A program made the position numbers and the translations under genes. Below the pieces are notes generated by a model. That model did no database searches. It was given only the letters and a program-made list of their open reading frames with translations, and was not told the DNA's origin. Shown here piece after piece: positions 35,601 to 48,779 of a stretch of DNA of 63,479 nt. The first letter of the stretch is position 1; every line of letters starts with the position of its first letter. This stretch comes from Rhina ancylostomus (lineage: Eukaryota). The stretch lies in contig JARFYF010000052.1 in NCBI GenBank assembly GCA_030265395.1, positions 120,421,817 through 120,485,295 of the forward strand, written 5' to 3'.

Positions 35601-38600
35601 CAGTGCTGTACAATGATTTTGAAGGGTGCTATAGATACCAAGTATCAGTTATTATCAAACAATGAATGTTCGGAAGGTCAATGTCAGAATCCCTCTGCAA
35701 ACCTCTGAAGGATTGTTAGTATGTATGGACTTTAGAAAAATGCAACATTTTTAATGCTTGAGAATCTGGAACAATTAAAACAAAAGTCACTGCATACATT
35801 GCCATATGTATTTAACTAAATCCTTCTCTGGAACAGATATAAGCTATTATTGATATTTTCATGAATAGTAGGGGTAAGGTTATTCGATTCATAGTCACTT
35901 TATTGTTATTCAGTGCGTTTATGCATTTTCCACCAAAATGTAACAAATGAGTGTATAGTGTAAAAGTTGGGTCAAGACATTTTTGATAGCAGGCAGTGCA
36001 ACTTGAGAGAAAGTTCCATGTCAGAGCAAAGCAGATTTTATGCCCCCATTTTGTTCCCTTCTGTTGGACTAAATTTTTGATAAAAGAGAGAGGTTTGTTC
36101 AGTTGAGGACTCTCAATATAAAGTAGTCAAGGCCGGACTGAAAATATAATATATTAAAGATCTTATGTTTGTGCAGAATTCTTTTTAAGTTTCTGTATAC
36201 CATATTTATATTGAAAATGGTTCTTGGAGCATAAAATGTGAAATTCTGAAGTATTATAATGTAATTATAACAGAAACTGGTCATTTAAGCTAAAAGGTCT
36301 ATAAATGTGTTTACAGTCCTTTTCCTCAGAAACCTTTTACTTTTTGTCTCACCTGTTGAGATTTCATTTTATTTCTTCCCCCTCAAATGTTTACTTTGCT
36401 TTCCCTTAAATATATTTATTCTATTTGCTTTGTTACATCTTGTGATGGTGATATCTATGTTCCAACAAATTCTTGAGTAAAGGATTTTTTTCTGCATTCC
36501 CTATTGGATATATAGATACCTCTCATAAATTGGCCCCTCCTTGTTCTAGTCTTGCTGGCAAGCAGGAACATCATTTTATAAAACCCCTTCTTAGTTTTAA
36601 ACTTCCATTAAATCAAATTTTAAGAGAAGAGTCCCAGCCTTTCCTGAAACGTGCAACCTCTTAGTTTTGAAATAATTCTTGTAGTTGCACCCTTCCTGTG
36701 GAGGGGCTTGTGGGTGGAATTAAAGAGTGACAGGTTTTCAGTCAGTTTTCACTGAAAATATGTTAAAATATATGATATGGACCAAATGTATGATTGGTAA
36801 CTAGGAGCAAAATGATGTCTCTCCACCCTGGTGCAATTATCAAACATGCCTAAACCTACTTCACTGAGAAAATGCAAGTGTTCATGATTTTCTGTGTACA
36901 AAGTGACAGGACTTTCATTCTAAAGTACTTAAAGGGAATAGTAAATAGAATTAAATGTTATCAATGTAATATAACCAAAGGAAATGGTAAATGTTGAGTT
37001 AAATAGCTTGAGTACAAGTTACTATGTAGACGAAGGCAGCAAAGGAGGAAGTAACTGTAGGATTACATGTGAGGATTAAGGTAATTGCAGGTGTGCATAC
37101 TTTAGTGTAAAAGGCTGTGATGTGATCTCAATGGCTTGAGATTTAAGTATTCTGCAGCTATATTTTTAAAATGTCTTTCCTTTCTTCCACTAAAATCCTT
37201 TGTTAAAGGGTTCTCTTTGGAGCTTGAAGGATGACATTTCAGTGAAAAGGATGAAGGCAGTAATCTCAATATAGACCATATCCATAAGCTGCCAATAATT
37301 TGAATGTAGCTGGTTTGTTTACAACCAAATCAACGCTTTTCATTTTATCCTTCACATGGCCCTTAGCAACAAAGAAATGCCACAGACTGCATTAAAAATG
37401 CGTAAGCATATTCAGCAAGATCAATTAAATTCTAGTTTGCACTGGTAAGTTTACATGCTTTCAAAGGATCACCACTTGCTGTCTGATGCTGTTATAAGAG
37501 CATATCTTCATACTTTCATTGAACTGGAGAACGTGTAACCTCAAGAGAAGTAATTTTTGCCATTGAAAGTAGTGATTAAGAAATTAAGTACTAACTTGGT
37601 AAAATCCCAATTGCTCCACATCGACATGCAAGGAGCTAATATCAGAATCTGAATGACTGGTTACTATTGTTTGCCTTCTGGTGACTGGATCAAGAATTCA
37701 TTTGGGAGATTTCCTGGTCCCTCGTGCTTGAAACATGTTGCATAGCTCAGGTAGACGTAATGAGGAAGCGGAAAGAATATAAGGATTTAAAGAAAAAAAG
37801 ATGTTTGATGTAAAAATATGAGTGCATAACCTTTCATGTACCAATACATTTACTTCTTCCTTTTAACCATAAGTTGTTCCTTATATTGTGTGTTTAGTGG
37901 AAATCCACACCAATAATTGAAACTAATCTTGCACTGTTTCTATGCTTTTTTTTTGTCAAGTCAAAAGCTGTTAAGCTAATAAAGTTACTTTGTACTTTTA
38001 AAGCTTACTGTGCTGTGTTCTGAGAAATGAATTTAAAGAAGCTAGATTCACAAATTTTCAGAAAATTGATGTCTGAAGTAGAAAACACAATGCATAATTG
38101 GAGTGACACTTGCTGGAAGTCAGTTCTGTGGCTCTTATGATGATTCATAATGTAGATTCATCATGTAGATTCATCATGTGATGTAGAATTTGTTCATAAA
38201 AACCTAATTTATCCCAAATTTAATGGTTGCCTGTGCCAAGCAAGGTGGTCTCAGCAAAGGCATGAACTTGGTTTCTGCAGTGCAGTTCATTATCTAAGCT
38301 CACACACATAGAAGACTCCGTACATCCTATTTGATACAAAGCTATGGACATTGAACCTCATGCATAACACACCAACTATCAAAACCCAAATCATACAGAA
38401 GATCCCATTTGATAGTGTGGATTAGCTGTTCTCAGCTAGTGTGTTTGTAATAGTGCCTCAATTTGTCCCAGTGCTTCTGAGCTAAAGAAAGGACTTTCAT
38501 TTAAATAATACCTTTTATTCTTCACTAGGATAATCTAAAATACTTTATTGTAAAATATGTACTTCTGTATTGAAGTGATATAGGATACATGGCAGCCAAT

Positions 38601-41600
38601 TTTGTATAGTAAGTTCTTGCAGAGGTGAAAAGTCAGCCAAGATTTCCATTTCTGAAGTATCTACACATGTGTAGACTTTAGCAAAGGTTTGCTCCATGGT
38701 TGAATGGTGTACATTTGTTTTCCAATAGAGAATGTCTACTTATGTAAGGTAAAGAGAGGCTTCTGATTCCTTTTTAGTTACATTTCACCATGTTAAAGTA
38801 AGGAGGGATGAAAATGGATTGGGATTGACTCATTGAGCTAATTACTAGAGAACTGTCATAACCTGGTAAATAATAGCATCTTCACATAAGGTGGATAAAA
38901 TTGCAGAAGATGTTGGGAAGTGCCTAAATGTGATTATAAGTTCTATTAGACATTGGAAAATTAATCAGTTTAATGCGGATTCATCTTGTTGTGCATCACT
39001 CAGGTAAATGTCTCTGTTCACAGTTAAAGAACAGACCTTGTCCAGGTTAGACCCAACTTCATTGAATGTCAATGTGCAAACACACTTTCCTGTAGTCATC
39101 ACTGGATAGTAACTAGAAGTGGCAATTCTGGCTGATCTTTACTCTTTGCAGTGCAAAGGTGTAAAGGCCACCTGCAGTGTCCTGTACCAGCTTGAATGAA
39201 TTAATTAACAACAAAGGCAGGAATAAATTAGTTTTCACAGCACTACTGCAAGCAATCTTTACCAACTGACCACAAAGTCCTTTTGAAATTTGCCTTTTCT
39301 TCACACCTCAGAAACATTGAGGCATGGTTTCGCATGTGTAATATGTTATATAAATGTAAATTACTAAAGCCACCAGAATTATCATATAATGTGTTTGCTA
39401 CCTGATTCAGTTCAAACTACCTGAAGGTGTAATAATAATATTTTATTTTTACAACAGTTATGACCTTGTGGTTAGATATTGATAGCAATTTCCTGAATGC
39501 AAGTAGTCAGATTTGATGTCACCAACAATGGTTTAAAAAAAGAGCTTAAGTATAACCTGAACAATTCTTATTTTCAATATGAAAAGAAGTATGCGAGTGT
39601 TAATCATAGAATAGAACAGAAGGAAGCCATTTGTCCCATAGAGATGGTCCTGGAAATAAGAGCAATCTCACCAGTCCCACAGCCCTTTAAATTCTTGGTT
39701 AAAAATTTAAGGGAGAAAGCTTAAGTGTTTTTGGAGAGCAAAGTCACTGCACATTTCTTCAAAGTTGTTGCCACAGGTTTCTTCTTTATTATTGATTTAT
39801 TTTTCTCTTGGAATAGCCAATCTAACTTGTGACATTGTCTTTCAGCCTATTATCACTTTCTTCCTTAAGTAAGTAACGGTTCCTAAAAGGCTGCTAACAT
39901 AGTTTGGTCTTTCTTGGGCCATAACATAAAATAATTTCAACCTAGTCACTTTACATTGCATTTACACTCTAAATTATCTTGCAGCTCCTTCAATGTTGGA
40001 GTAAAACCTTTCAAGTTCAAAGCAATGCAAAGGTTCAGCTCAACCATTTGCTTTAATGAGTTACTTACTTTGCTACTTAATTCTCTGGCCATTCAAAAAA
40101 ATCAAAGCTGAAAATAATTTGGGTAGTCTTGACCCAGTTTACCTCAGCAGGCAGTTCAATGCAATCCACTTGAGTTGTATTCTAATTTTTGTTGGTGCTA
40201 AACTTTGAAGTGGGCAATGAATAAAAAGATATGTGTATAAATTTAGCTGCAAATTAGTAATTACCCTGGACTATAAAGCAATCCATGTATACTGCTGTCC
40301 AGTAGAAAATGACAGCTTAACTACAGATCCATTCAGCATTGGTCTGTGCACATCACAGGAGTCCAAATGGCATCTTGAACAATGCTGAATGTTGAAAAGC
40401 CACAAGGAGTGAAATTTAGTTTTGATAGAACACAAAATTAGCAGAATAAGAATCATCTGGTCATTATATACTCCAGTAGAAATGTAAATTGGACAGAATG
40501 CATAACAGACAACTGATCTGCTGCAATGCAATTGCACTGAAGTTGAATTTCAGCTCCATTAAAGTCATAACATGATTGACAATTGATGTAGCTCTATGGC
40601 AACAGTGTTTTAGGCATTTCATGAAAATGTTGCTTAAGAACACATCAGATTGGCACTCTTCAGTATAAGTAGTTCAGGAATATTTTATAGAAATGATGCC
40701 AGTGTACACGCTTATAGTGCAAATATTTCTGCTATCGATATCAGTCATCATAGGGAGAATAAATATTATCTACAAATTTAAATTAAATTAAAGGCTAAGT
40801 GTTGCAAAAAAGTGTAAATGCAGTTGGAGGCGGGCACATCTGAGTCCAAAGTGACTTTGGAATCTTTATAGCATAGTTTCTTTTAGCATGTCTTTGAAGA
40901 GATAAGCTAACAAGGCAGTTTCACTGGTGCTTGACGTAAGCTCATTAGTGTTATGTAACTTAAAGCTGTATGCAGCCATTCCATAATTAGAAATGTTTCT
41001 ATGTCTGTGCATTACAAGGGTTGCCTGCAATATCTGCAATGTAGTCACTTTAAATCCATTTTTGTGCATACATGAGAAATGTAGTGAAACACTTGCTCCA
41101 ACAGTATTGCCAGTGAGCAGGACACAGGCATGACCTTTCTGTCAGTTTTCCTCAACAAGCTGAATAGACATACCCTTTAAAAATGCATGTTTAAGGGTTG
41201 CGAAAATTCACAAAAGGAAAATCTGAGTGCTGTTACGAGAGGGATGATTCATTAGAATTTTAAAATGCCCTTGGCCCTTCACTTCTGAGTGGAGTGTTAC
41301 ATTTGGGAGACTTTTGTTCATTGTACCATGGGGAGAAAGATTACCTGGAGGGAAAATTACATTGTGGACTCTTCCCATTCAATGTTTATGTCGATGTACT
41401 GAATTGAAGACAAATTGTAGAGATTTGCTGCCAGCTCTGGAGGAGTGAGTTGAGGTGGGTGCAAATATGTAGATATTCCAGTGACATGTTGATAGGCAAC
41501 CTAAAACCTGTTATAACCTCAAACAATACATAAATGTCTTCCCCAATCTGGAAGGTAATGTTCTTAATATCTTAACGTAATGCATTTTATTCTGATTTAT

Positions 41601-41608
41601 TTTTATAG

Positions 41609-41908
41609 GAGCTGATCTCTTTTCCAATTGCACAGAAGAGTGTAAAGCTCTGGGACACTCAGACCGCTGCTGGATGCCCAGCTTTGTGCCCACAGATAGC
41701 CGCCAAGGTCCGGATTATCGCAGTAATTTGCATGTCCCGGGAATGGACTCTGTGCCTGACACCGAGGTCTATGAAGCTCCAGAGCAGCCTGGTGAGAAAT
41801 CTTTCTCTACATTTGGAAAAGAAAAAACGCATCCCTCAAATTCGGAAAAGAAAGAATATGATGCACTTCTGCCCAACACACGTGCGCCTTATAAGCCACC
41901 ATATTTAA
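41609..41908 (+). CDS. PCDH10: PCDH10 coding exon 4 (300 bp; ADLFSNCTEECKALGHSDRCWMPSF...KSFSTFGKEK...RAPYKPPYL), CM2 and WIRS motifs
   Basis: Acceptor ttttatag| and donor A|gtgagt at 41908/41909. CTEECKALGHSDRCWMP is CM2. FSTFGK (41803-41820) is a WAVE-regulatory-complex interacting (WIRS) motif. The exon follows a 17.4-kb intron 3. Confidence 0.96.
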   Translation, partial: ELISFPIAQKSVKLWDTQTAAGCPALCPQIAAKVRIIAVICMSREWTLCLTPRSMKLQSSLVRNLSLHLEKKKRIPQIRKRKNMMHFCPTHVRLISHHI

Positions 41909-42799
41909 GTGAGTATTCAGTAAAAACATTGCTGGCTGCATCAATTTACCTTGCTTGTTAGGTGAGGAAAATCCTGCAAGGTATTTAAGTTAGGCTTAAT
42001 GTACCTACAATAAGTTTGGGAAAGGACATCATGGAATTTATNNNNNNNNNNNNNNNNNNNNNNNNNNNNNNNNNNNNNNNNNNNNNNNNNNNNNTTTAAT
42101 AGGGTGTAATAGCATGGTTGATCATCAAGTCTGAGACATGCAAAACTTAAAGTCACCTAAATTTAAATTAGTTCAGATTAAGTCATTTAGTGTGTGTTAA
42201 AAGTGCATACAGGGGTGTCTAAACATTTTAGTCTGACTTTATTTAAAATTACCCTATTGTTGAAAAGGACATCGTGCGCTTTGCAAATTATTTGTGACTT
42301 ACCGCTAGAACTGTGTGATCGGAATTCAGCAGATTGAGATTTCATCCTTGCAGTTTTGTGCCTTAGAGTCATATTGAGCCTCTCTCTGGAAGTTGTACTG
42401 CAGCTTTAGTGGTTGACTTCTCAATTTGTTTTTGTTTGTGCTAGTTGATATGAGCTTGTTACTTTTATATAAAATGGTATCATAGGATTGAAAAGTTCCA
42501 GTTTGAACTCAAAATATGTGATTCATCATGAATTTTACAAGCGTATAAACAGCAATTTTATTTGCTGTATTTGTGTTGTGATTTAATATAGAATTTGTGC
42601 AGCTGTGAAAACTGACCAGTGTTTTACTGCTCTGAAATTAAGTTAAGCACTGAATTAGATGTGCATTTTTAAACAGCCTGCTGATTGGTGTCCAAATACT
42701 GTTGGTGATGTTTATTATGAACTGATGGTCCTCCTGACTCTTTACCAGTATTGAAAACTGGGCTTTGGGGATGAGTTTGCTTGTAAAGGCAGAAAGTAG

Positions 42800-43130
42800 C
42801 TGAATTTTATGTCTGAAGAGTGCCCAAGATTAAGTTCCTGATCTGCATAGATACTACCGATCTTAAGTGAGCAGCTAGTCTGGTACTATAATCACCATTA
42901 TGCCCCTAAGGAAAATAGCTCTGGATTTTCACTCCTATTCACTTCACAGTTTTTCTTGGCAGAAGTGTGTTTGCAGATATCTGAGGAAAGAATTTTGCAA
43001 GGTTTCTAAAGCCAGATGATAGTACCTATCAGGGCTCAGAAAGGAAGAATGCCTACCTAGGCAAGGTGTTATAGGGAGCCAAATGGCCATGAAACCATAC
43101 TCAGAAGGGAATCAATGCCACCAAGATGGA
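42800..43130 (+). mobile_element. Ancient tRNA-derived SINE (LF-SINE-like), very decayed; an opposite-strand relative probably at ~34400-34640
   Basis: gaagtgtgtttgcagatatctgaggaaag...ggctcagaaaggaagaatgcctacctaggcaagg...gaaaccatactcag resembles a chondrichthyan SINE as I recall it. Weak evidence. Confidence 0.3.
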
Positions 43131-44254
43131 GCATGAAGTATAAATTTAAAGAAGTAGANNNNNNNNNNNNNNNNNNNNNNNNNNNNNNNNNNNNNNNNNN
43201 NNNNNNNNNNNNNNNNNNNNNNNNNNNNNNNNNNNNNNNNNNNNNNNNNNNNNNNNNNGTAGATCTAAAATACTGTTTAGTGGATCAGTAGTGAATTATT
43301 CTAATGTGAATATGAAAGTCTAGAAAGTTTACTTGATAATCTGCAACTGTACTGCAACGTGGGTGAAGCTGAAGTGGTGTGAAGCTACCTCGTGTCAGTG
43401 ATCTCATGTTTCAGTCTACAGTAAATGGTACAGCAAAGTTTAAATGAAAACTAGCCTATTAAAATGCACATAATCACACACTAAAAGAGCTTTTCATCTT
43501 CGTTGCTCTTAGCTTTGTGTGCCATGAGCACATAACGAGGAATGAAGAAAAAAAGATCAACCAAAGACAATTTATTCTTCTGTTGTTATGACAGGTATGA
43601 ATAATTAGAGTTGTGTAATTGTCATCAGAAGCATCACATGCAAGCAATACACTGGGATGTTTTGATAAGGATTCCATTGTCATGTTATAGTATATGGTCA
43701 ATAAATCACACGCTTCCTATAGATTTTTGTCAAATTTGCAGCTACCAAAATGCCGATTCATATATTATTTATATAAGGCCTATTTATATTTGGTGTTGGA
43801 AATCTAAAGTGTTTGCACTTTTGGTTCTAAAATCAACACATAACAGTTTCTTGAAATGTTTGCATGTAGTGTGTAGGAGGTTGAAGGTTGATGAGCAGTT
43901 CAATATGTGAAACCTGCAGTTTGCTTTTTGTATTATGGGGGTGCTGAATACATGGTGACTTCCCTGTGGATTCAGCACCTTCTTCACTTAATGAGCTTTG
44001 TATTCCTGTCGAAATTGTGAATCCTATAATGTTGCAAATGTTTTCTTTGAAGTTAATTATATCAAAATTAATATTTTTCTGTTACAACTATTATTAAATG
44101 CTTTTGCAGTTTATATTTATTAAGATCATTTAAAATTGGGTACTTAAATGACTATGTTACATATTTCAATCAAATGGATTACCCTTTCTTAAGATGTGTT
44201 TTTGATTTTGGTAGGCACTTCAGTAATCCTTTCACCTACATTTCGCAAAGAAAG

Positions 44255-45140
44255 CATAATGTTAGGGGTAGTATTTTGGCATGTATCGGGGAATCCCTAA
44301 CTAATAGAAGACTTTAGGATAAATCATTAATCAGTGGTGTACGAGGGATCAGTGCTGTGGTCTCAGCTATTTAAAATCAATGTTGATGACTTGGATCAGG
44401 GGATCAAGTGTACTGCTGTCAAATTTGTTGAAAATACAAAAATAGATAGTTGAGAAGAGAATAAAGAGCCTGCAAAGGGAAAGATGGGTTAAGTGAGTGG
44501 GCAAGAATTTGGCAGATGGAGTATAATGTGAGGTTATCCAGTTCCTAATGAAGAATTAAATAAAATGATTATTTAATTGGAGTAAAACTATAAAATGTTG
44601 CAGTACAAAGGAACCTGGGGCTCCTCGTACATAAAACACTAAATGTGTAGTTACACCAAATTATTAGGAAGGATAATGGAATATTGGCCTTTATTGTAAG
44701 ACGTAGGGAAGAGGGAAGTAGGTAGGTAAGTATAAGTAGGGAAGATTTGATGCAAATTTATAAGGCAACAGTGAGGCTGTATCAAGAGTTTTTCATACAG
44801 TTTTAGTCTCCATAGTTAAGGAAGAATGTGCTTGTGTTGGAGGCATGCAGAGAAGGTTCACAAGGTTGATTCCTGGGATGAAGAGGCTGATGTATGAAGA
44901 AAGGTTGAGCAGGACCTTTGCTGAATGATGGAAGGATGACAGGTGATCTTATTGAAGGATAAATTTTGAGGGGGACTGACAGAGTGGATTCTGAGAGAAT
45001 GTTTCCCTTGGAGGAGCTACCAAGAACCGGGGACATAGTTTCAGATGGAGGCGAAGAGAAATCTCTTCTGAGCTGTGCATCTTTGGAAAACTCTGCCCAG
45101 AAATCTATGGAAGCAGAATATATTAAGTATTTTTAATGAG
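44255..45140 (+). mobile_element. CR1 LINE ORF2 RT to C-terminus, decayed
   Basis: cagtggtgtacgagggatcagtgctgtgg (SGVPQGSVLG), aaatttgttgaaaatacaaaaatagat (KFADDTK-like), cagagaaggttcacaaggttgattcctgggatg (QRRFTRLIPGM) and ttgagggggactgacaga. Confidence 0.8.
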
Positions 45141-45739
45141 GAAAGTGAAGAAAAAGAAACAATTGAAACAAAACTTTTAAAATGAAACTTTAATATATTA
45201 GAGAGAGCCAGCAACATTCTTAGTGCAAATTGTTTACATTGGTTGATACTAATGTGGGAATGGTTTCATTTGGAAATCTTCTTGTTTTATTTTACATTTG
45301 GATCTGAGTTGAAATCCATATTAGATTGACTGCATTCACGTTCTCTGCTGTGCTATAGAGGTTCCGTATGATTGTGTATTGTGCCAACAGTGTAAAACTG
45401 CTTAATTTGACATGAATTAGGCAAGGAATCATTTTTAATGGCTGTTGCATGAAATTAAAATGCTACGATTACTAATAATTTTCTGAGATTAAAGTTGAGA
45501 TTGAGGCAGATGAATGGGGTAGAGTCGATTTGAGTGTGTTCAATGTAGATTTCATGGAGCTGGAATGGAGTGTTCTATTTCCCCACATTAAAATCATGTG
45601 CTTTGATAAGGACACTTTAGGCAAAATCAGATCAAATGTGCTAATGAGTGTAATAAACAGCTGTAGGGAAGCAAAGATTAGAAATACATTAAAACAATGA
45701 GGAAGTGTGTCAAAATAAACATCTGGAGTAGCAGATATG

Positions 45740-45935
45740 AGCAAAAGCTGAAGACGTGTAAAATGAAAACTCATAATTCAAGAAGGAGCTAGATAGGTTT
45801 CTTATAGATAGGGGAATCAAGTGAATGGGGACAAGGGAGGAACAGGATATTGATTGTTGAGGATCAGCCATGATCTCAAAATGGCGGTCCAGACTCGAAG
45901 GGCTGAATGGTCTACTTCTGCTCCTATTGTCTATA
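45740..45935 (+). mobile_element. CR1 (HER1-like) LINE 3' end
   Basis: ggatcagccatgatctcaaaatggcgg...ctcgaagggctgaatggtctacttctgctcctat, a classic elasmobranch CR1 3' terminus. Confidence 0.75.
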
Positions 45936-46039
45936 ATGAAGCTGAACATGGAGCTTGATCGAGTGTATATGCACTGAAATGGAGACTGCAGTTTTGGATG
46001 GTTATGTTCAAACATGAAAGAGTAGAATCTGATATATCA

Positions 46040-46270
46040 TGTCAAGTCGAGTTTATTGTCATGTTCACAAGTATGGTAACGTACAAGTACAAAGAAAAAC
46101 TTGCTTGCAACAGCATCACAGGCACATTGGTTCAGACAACACACAGAATATAAATTATACATAAATTATACAAGACATAAGTGCAAAGAAAAGACAGAGA
46201 CAGTCCATGGTAGTGCAAAATGTAGTCAGTAGTGTTCCTTTGCTGAGGTAGGATTGGGAGACTGGTGACT
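46040..46270 (-). mobile_element. Rex1/Babar-type 3' tail (same family as 1480-1820)
   Basis: gtcaagtcgagtttattgtcat...gaaaaacttgcttgcaacagcatcac is the reverse complement of 1740-1815. Confidence 0.65.
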
Positions 46271-48509
46271 GTTGAACTATGTGTGCAAATTTTGTATTTA
46301 TCATAGGCAAAACTTGTGCATGAAACACAGGGAAGAAGTGCTGGTCTTATTTTATCCCATGTATTGATCAATTACCTGCTGAATGGCATCAAAATTGACA
46401 AGCTTTTTATTGATGGCACCATCATTCACAGGATCATTAATTTATTGTCTGAAAACAGGAACAGATTGAACAATTGTTAGTAGATATCAGAAAAAAACTG
46501 AACAATAGCAGGCAGATAGTATCCCAGCTTCAGTGCAGGGAACTTGGAATCAAAAGGACTGTTAAAAATTATGTCCTCTGTAATATACCAATTGTTGTTC
46601 TTCAATTATGAGCATCTAAGTTTGCACAGTGGGTAATTAAGCCTGAATTATAGTGGAGCTGATGAAGATGCTGAACTGGTTGCGGAATAAGAATTATCAA
46701 ACAATCTGAATACTTATTACTATTGGTTTCTCCATCGAGCTAGAACTGTGCCTTCCTGGTCTAATTGTTAGACTGAGATAGTCCTAGAATATTAAAGTCC
46801 TGGTTGTTAGTACATAAAACATTTGTTCTTATTCTTGCATCACTGTGAAGGCATTAAATCTCAGTGAATGGGAGACCTGCTACCAAAGAATCCATTGCTT
46901 ATGAAAGAGCTAACTCTTTAATGTTACAAGAGATAGACAGGCTGTCAGTCGCATTTCTGATCACAAAAGTCACTTGTGCTTAAGCCTGAGACACAAATTG
47001 ATGTCAGAAAGACAGCAGATACATCTTAACATTCACAACAAATCCAAGCAATCTTTCCCTGCAGCTAGGAGGAATGTCTTGTATATTAGGCTTTGTTTCT
47101 ATCAATGGATAACTGGCCCAGTGTTTTTGCCTGGAAGTATCTTTTACGTGGAAGTAAGTTAAAACATTGTTGGCTTCATTAAGATAATTGAGTTGTTAAA
47201 TAGATTACAGAAATTCATTGGAATGCTCCTTGATCCCCAACCTCTCACTTTCCAGGGCCTTTGCACCTTTTGGAACAATGCGGTTTAATTTTACAAGATA
47301 ACTACCCATTGTCTCAGACTGCACTAAACATCCAGAAAAATCAGAATGCTGAGATCGGGGCCATAAAGCTCAATTGGTCCCTATAGGCTGACCAGCATAT
47401 GTACCATATCAATCATGGAGTTAGCTGATGTGGAGCTGATACTTGCCAGAACTATGTAGAGCAGGCACATAGTGACATCAATCAGTGATCAATGAAAAGT
47501 ACATGATGCATGTACTCTATTGGGTTAAGCATAATTGTTACCTTCATGTTGGGGCTCTGGTGGTGCAAAACTGGTGCCTGACTTTAAGTGTCACCTACCC
47601 TGAACGTGCCTTCACCAGCATAAAGAGCTCTTGCCCACTGCCCATTACCCCATTACTGGCAGCACTATTTAAAGGGATCATCAATTGTAAATAGTTAACT
47701 GCTGACTAATTTCTACAACTGTTATATAACTCTACAAGGGCATGGTACTTTACAGAGATTTTTAAAAGTTAAGTCCACAGGAGTGGTATCCAACTGTTGA
47801 AGAATCTGGTCCTGACTCCAAGACTTTGCAAAAATCCACTGCTTCTAAACATGGGGACATTAGGTGCTATTCACTTGGAGTCCTATGATTCAGGAGAAGA
47901 AGGCGCACAACAGTGCAAACTGCTGAAATAGTAAGGATAAATAGCAGAAGTTCGATCAGCAGGTTGCTAAATCCATTCAGGTTCCTCAGTGAGCAACTTT
48001 CTACATGATCTCCAAGGGACAGTGCATGAGGCATAAGCTGTATTAGGCTAAACACAACTGTTACCTTCATGTTGCTGGGTCTCTATCACCTTAAGGACTT
48101 TCTCATATGGTTATTCACAGTAACACAATTGTTAAATGCTTGCAATTTAAGTTGGGATCTGATTGTCACAATTCGATTCGCTGCACTCCTAGTCAGACTG
48201 ACTTTGTGATCCAACAGTACAAAAGAAACTGAATACAATTAATTTGGTGTTGAGCTTGGAGGCAACAGCACCATTTGGTTATTTAGAGAATCCTAGTAAT
48301 TATGACCAAATATAAGTGTGTGGAGCTTCTTGAGCAGATCTACATATTCTTCAAGGTGAATATCATTATGGAACTTAAGAACGAAAATGCAAAAGAATGC
48401 AAGCTGTAATCTGTGAGCAAATAAAACATCATTCTTTTGACTGGCTGTGATATACACCATGCTGCCCACTTGGTAATGCCATATCATGTGGTCAAACAAC
48501 AATTTAATG

Positions 48510-48722
48510 AGATAGTGGAGATTTTAGTTCAGTGCCTTCAGGAATGAACTGCCAGAAATAATGGTTGAGGCAGGCACATCAGCAACATTTAAAAGCCATC
48601 TAGATAAGTATGTAGAGAGGAGCAGTTTAGAGGGCTATGGGCCAAATGTAGGCAAATGAGATTAGTTCACTGGGCAACACAGTCGGCATGGCCAAGCTGG
48701 GCCGAAGGGGCTGTTTCTATGC
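48510..48722 (+). mobile_element. CR1 LINE 3' end
   Basis: ggaatgaactgccaga (WNELP), atttaaaagccatctagataag, and tail gctgggccgaaggggctgtttc. Confidence 0.75.
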
Positions 48723-48779
48723 CAAAGTCTCATCTTTGCTGTGCACATCCCATGGCCGGACAGAGGATAAACAATTACG

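Noticed and set aside
38660-38675. 16-bp perfect palindrome tctacacatgtgtaga
   Set aside because: About one 8-bp-arm palindrome is expected by chance in a window of this size, and there is no supporting context.
43971-43990. REST/NRSE site (ttcagcacc)
   Set aside because: Only the left half-site is present, with no GGACAG right half.
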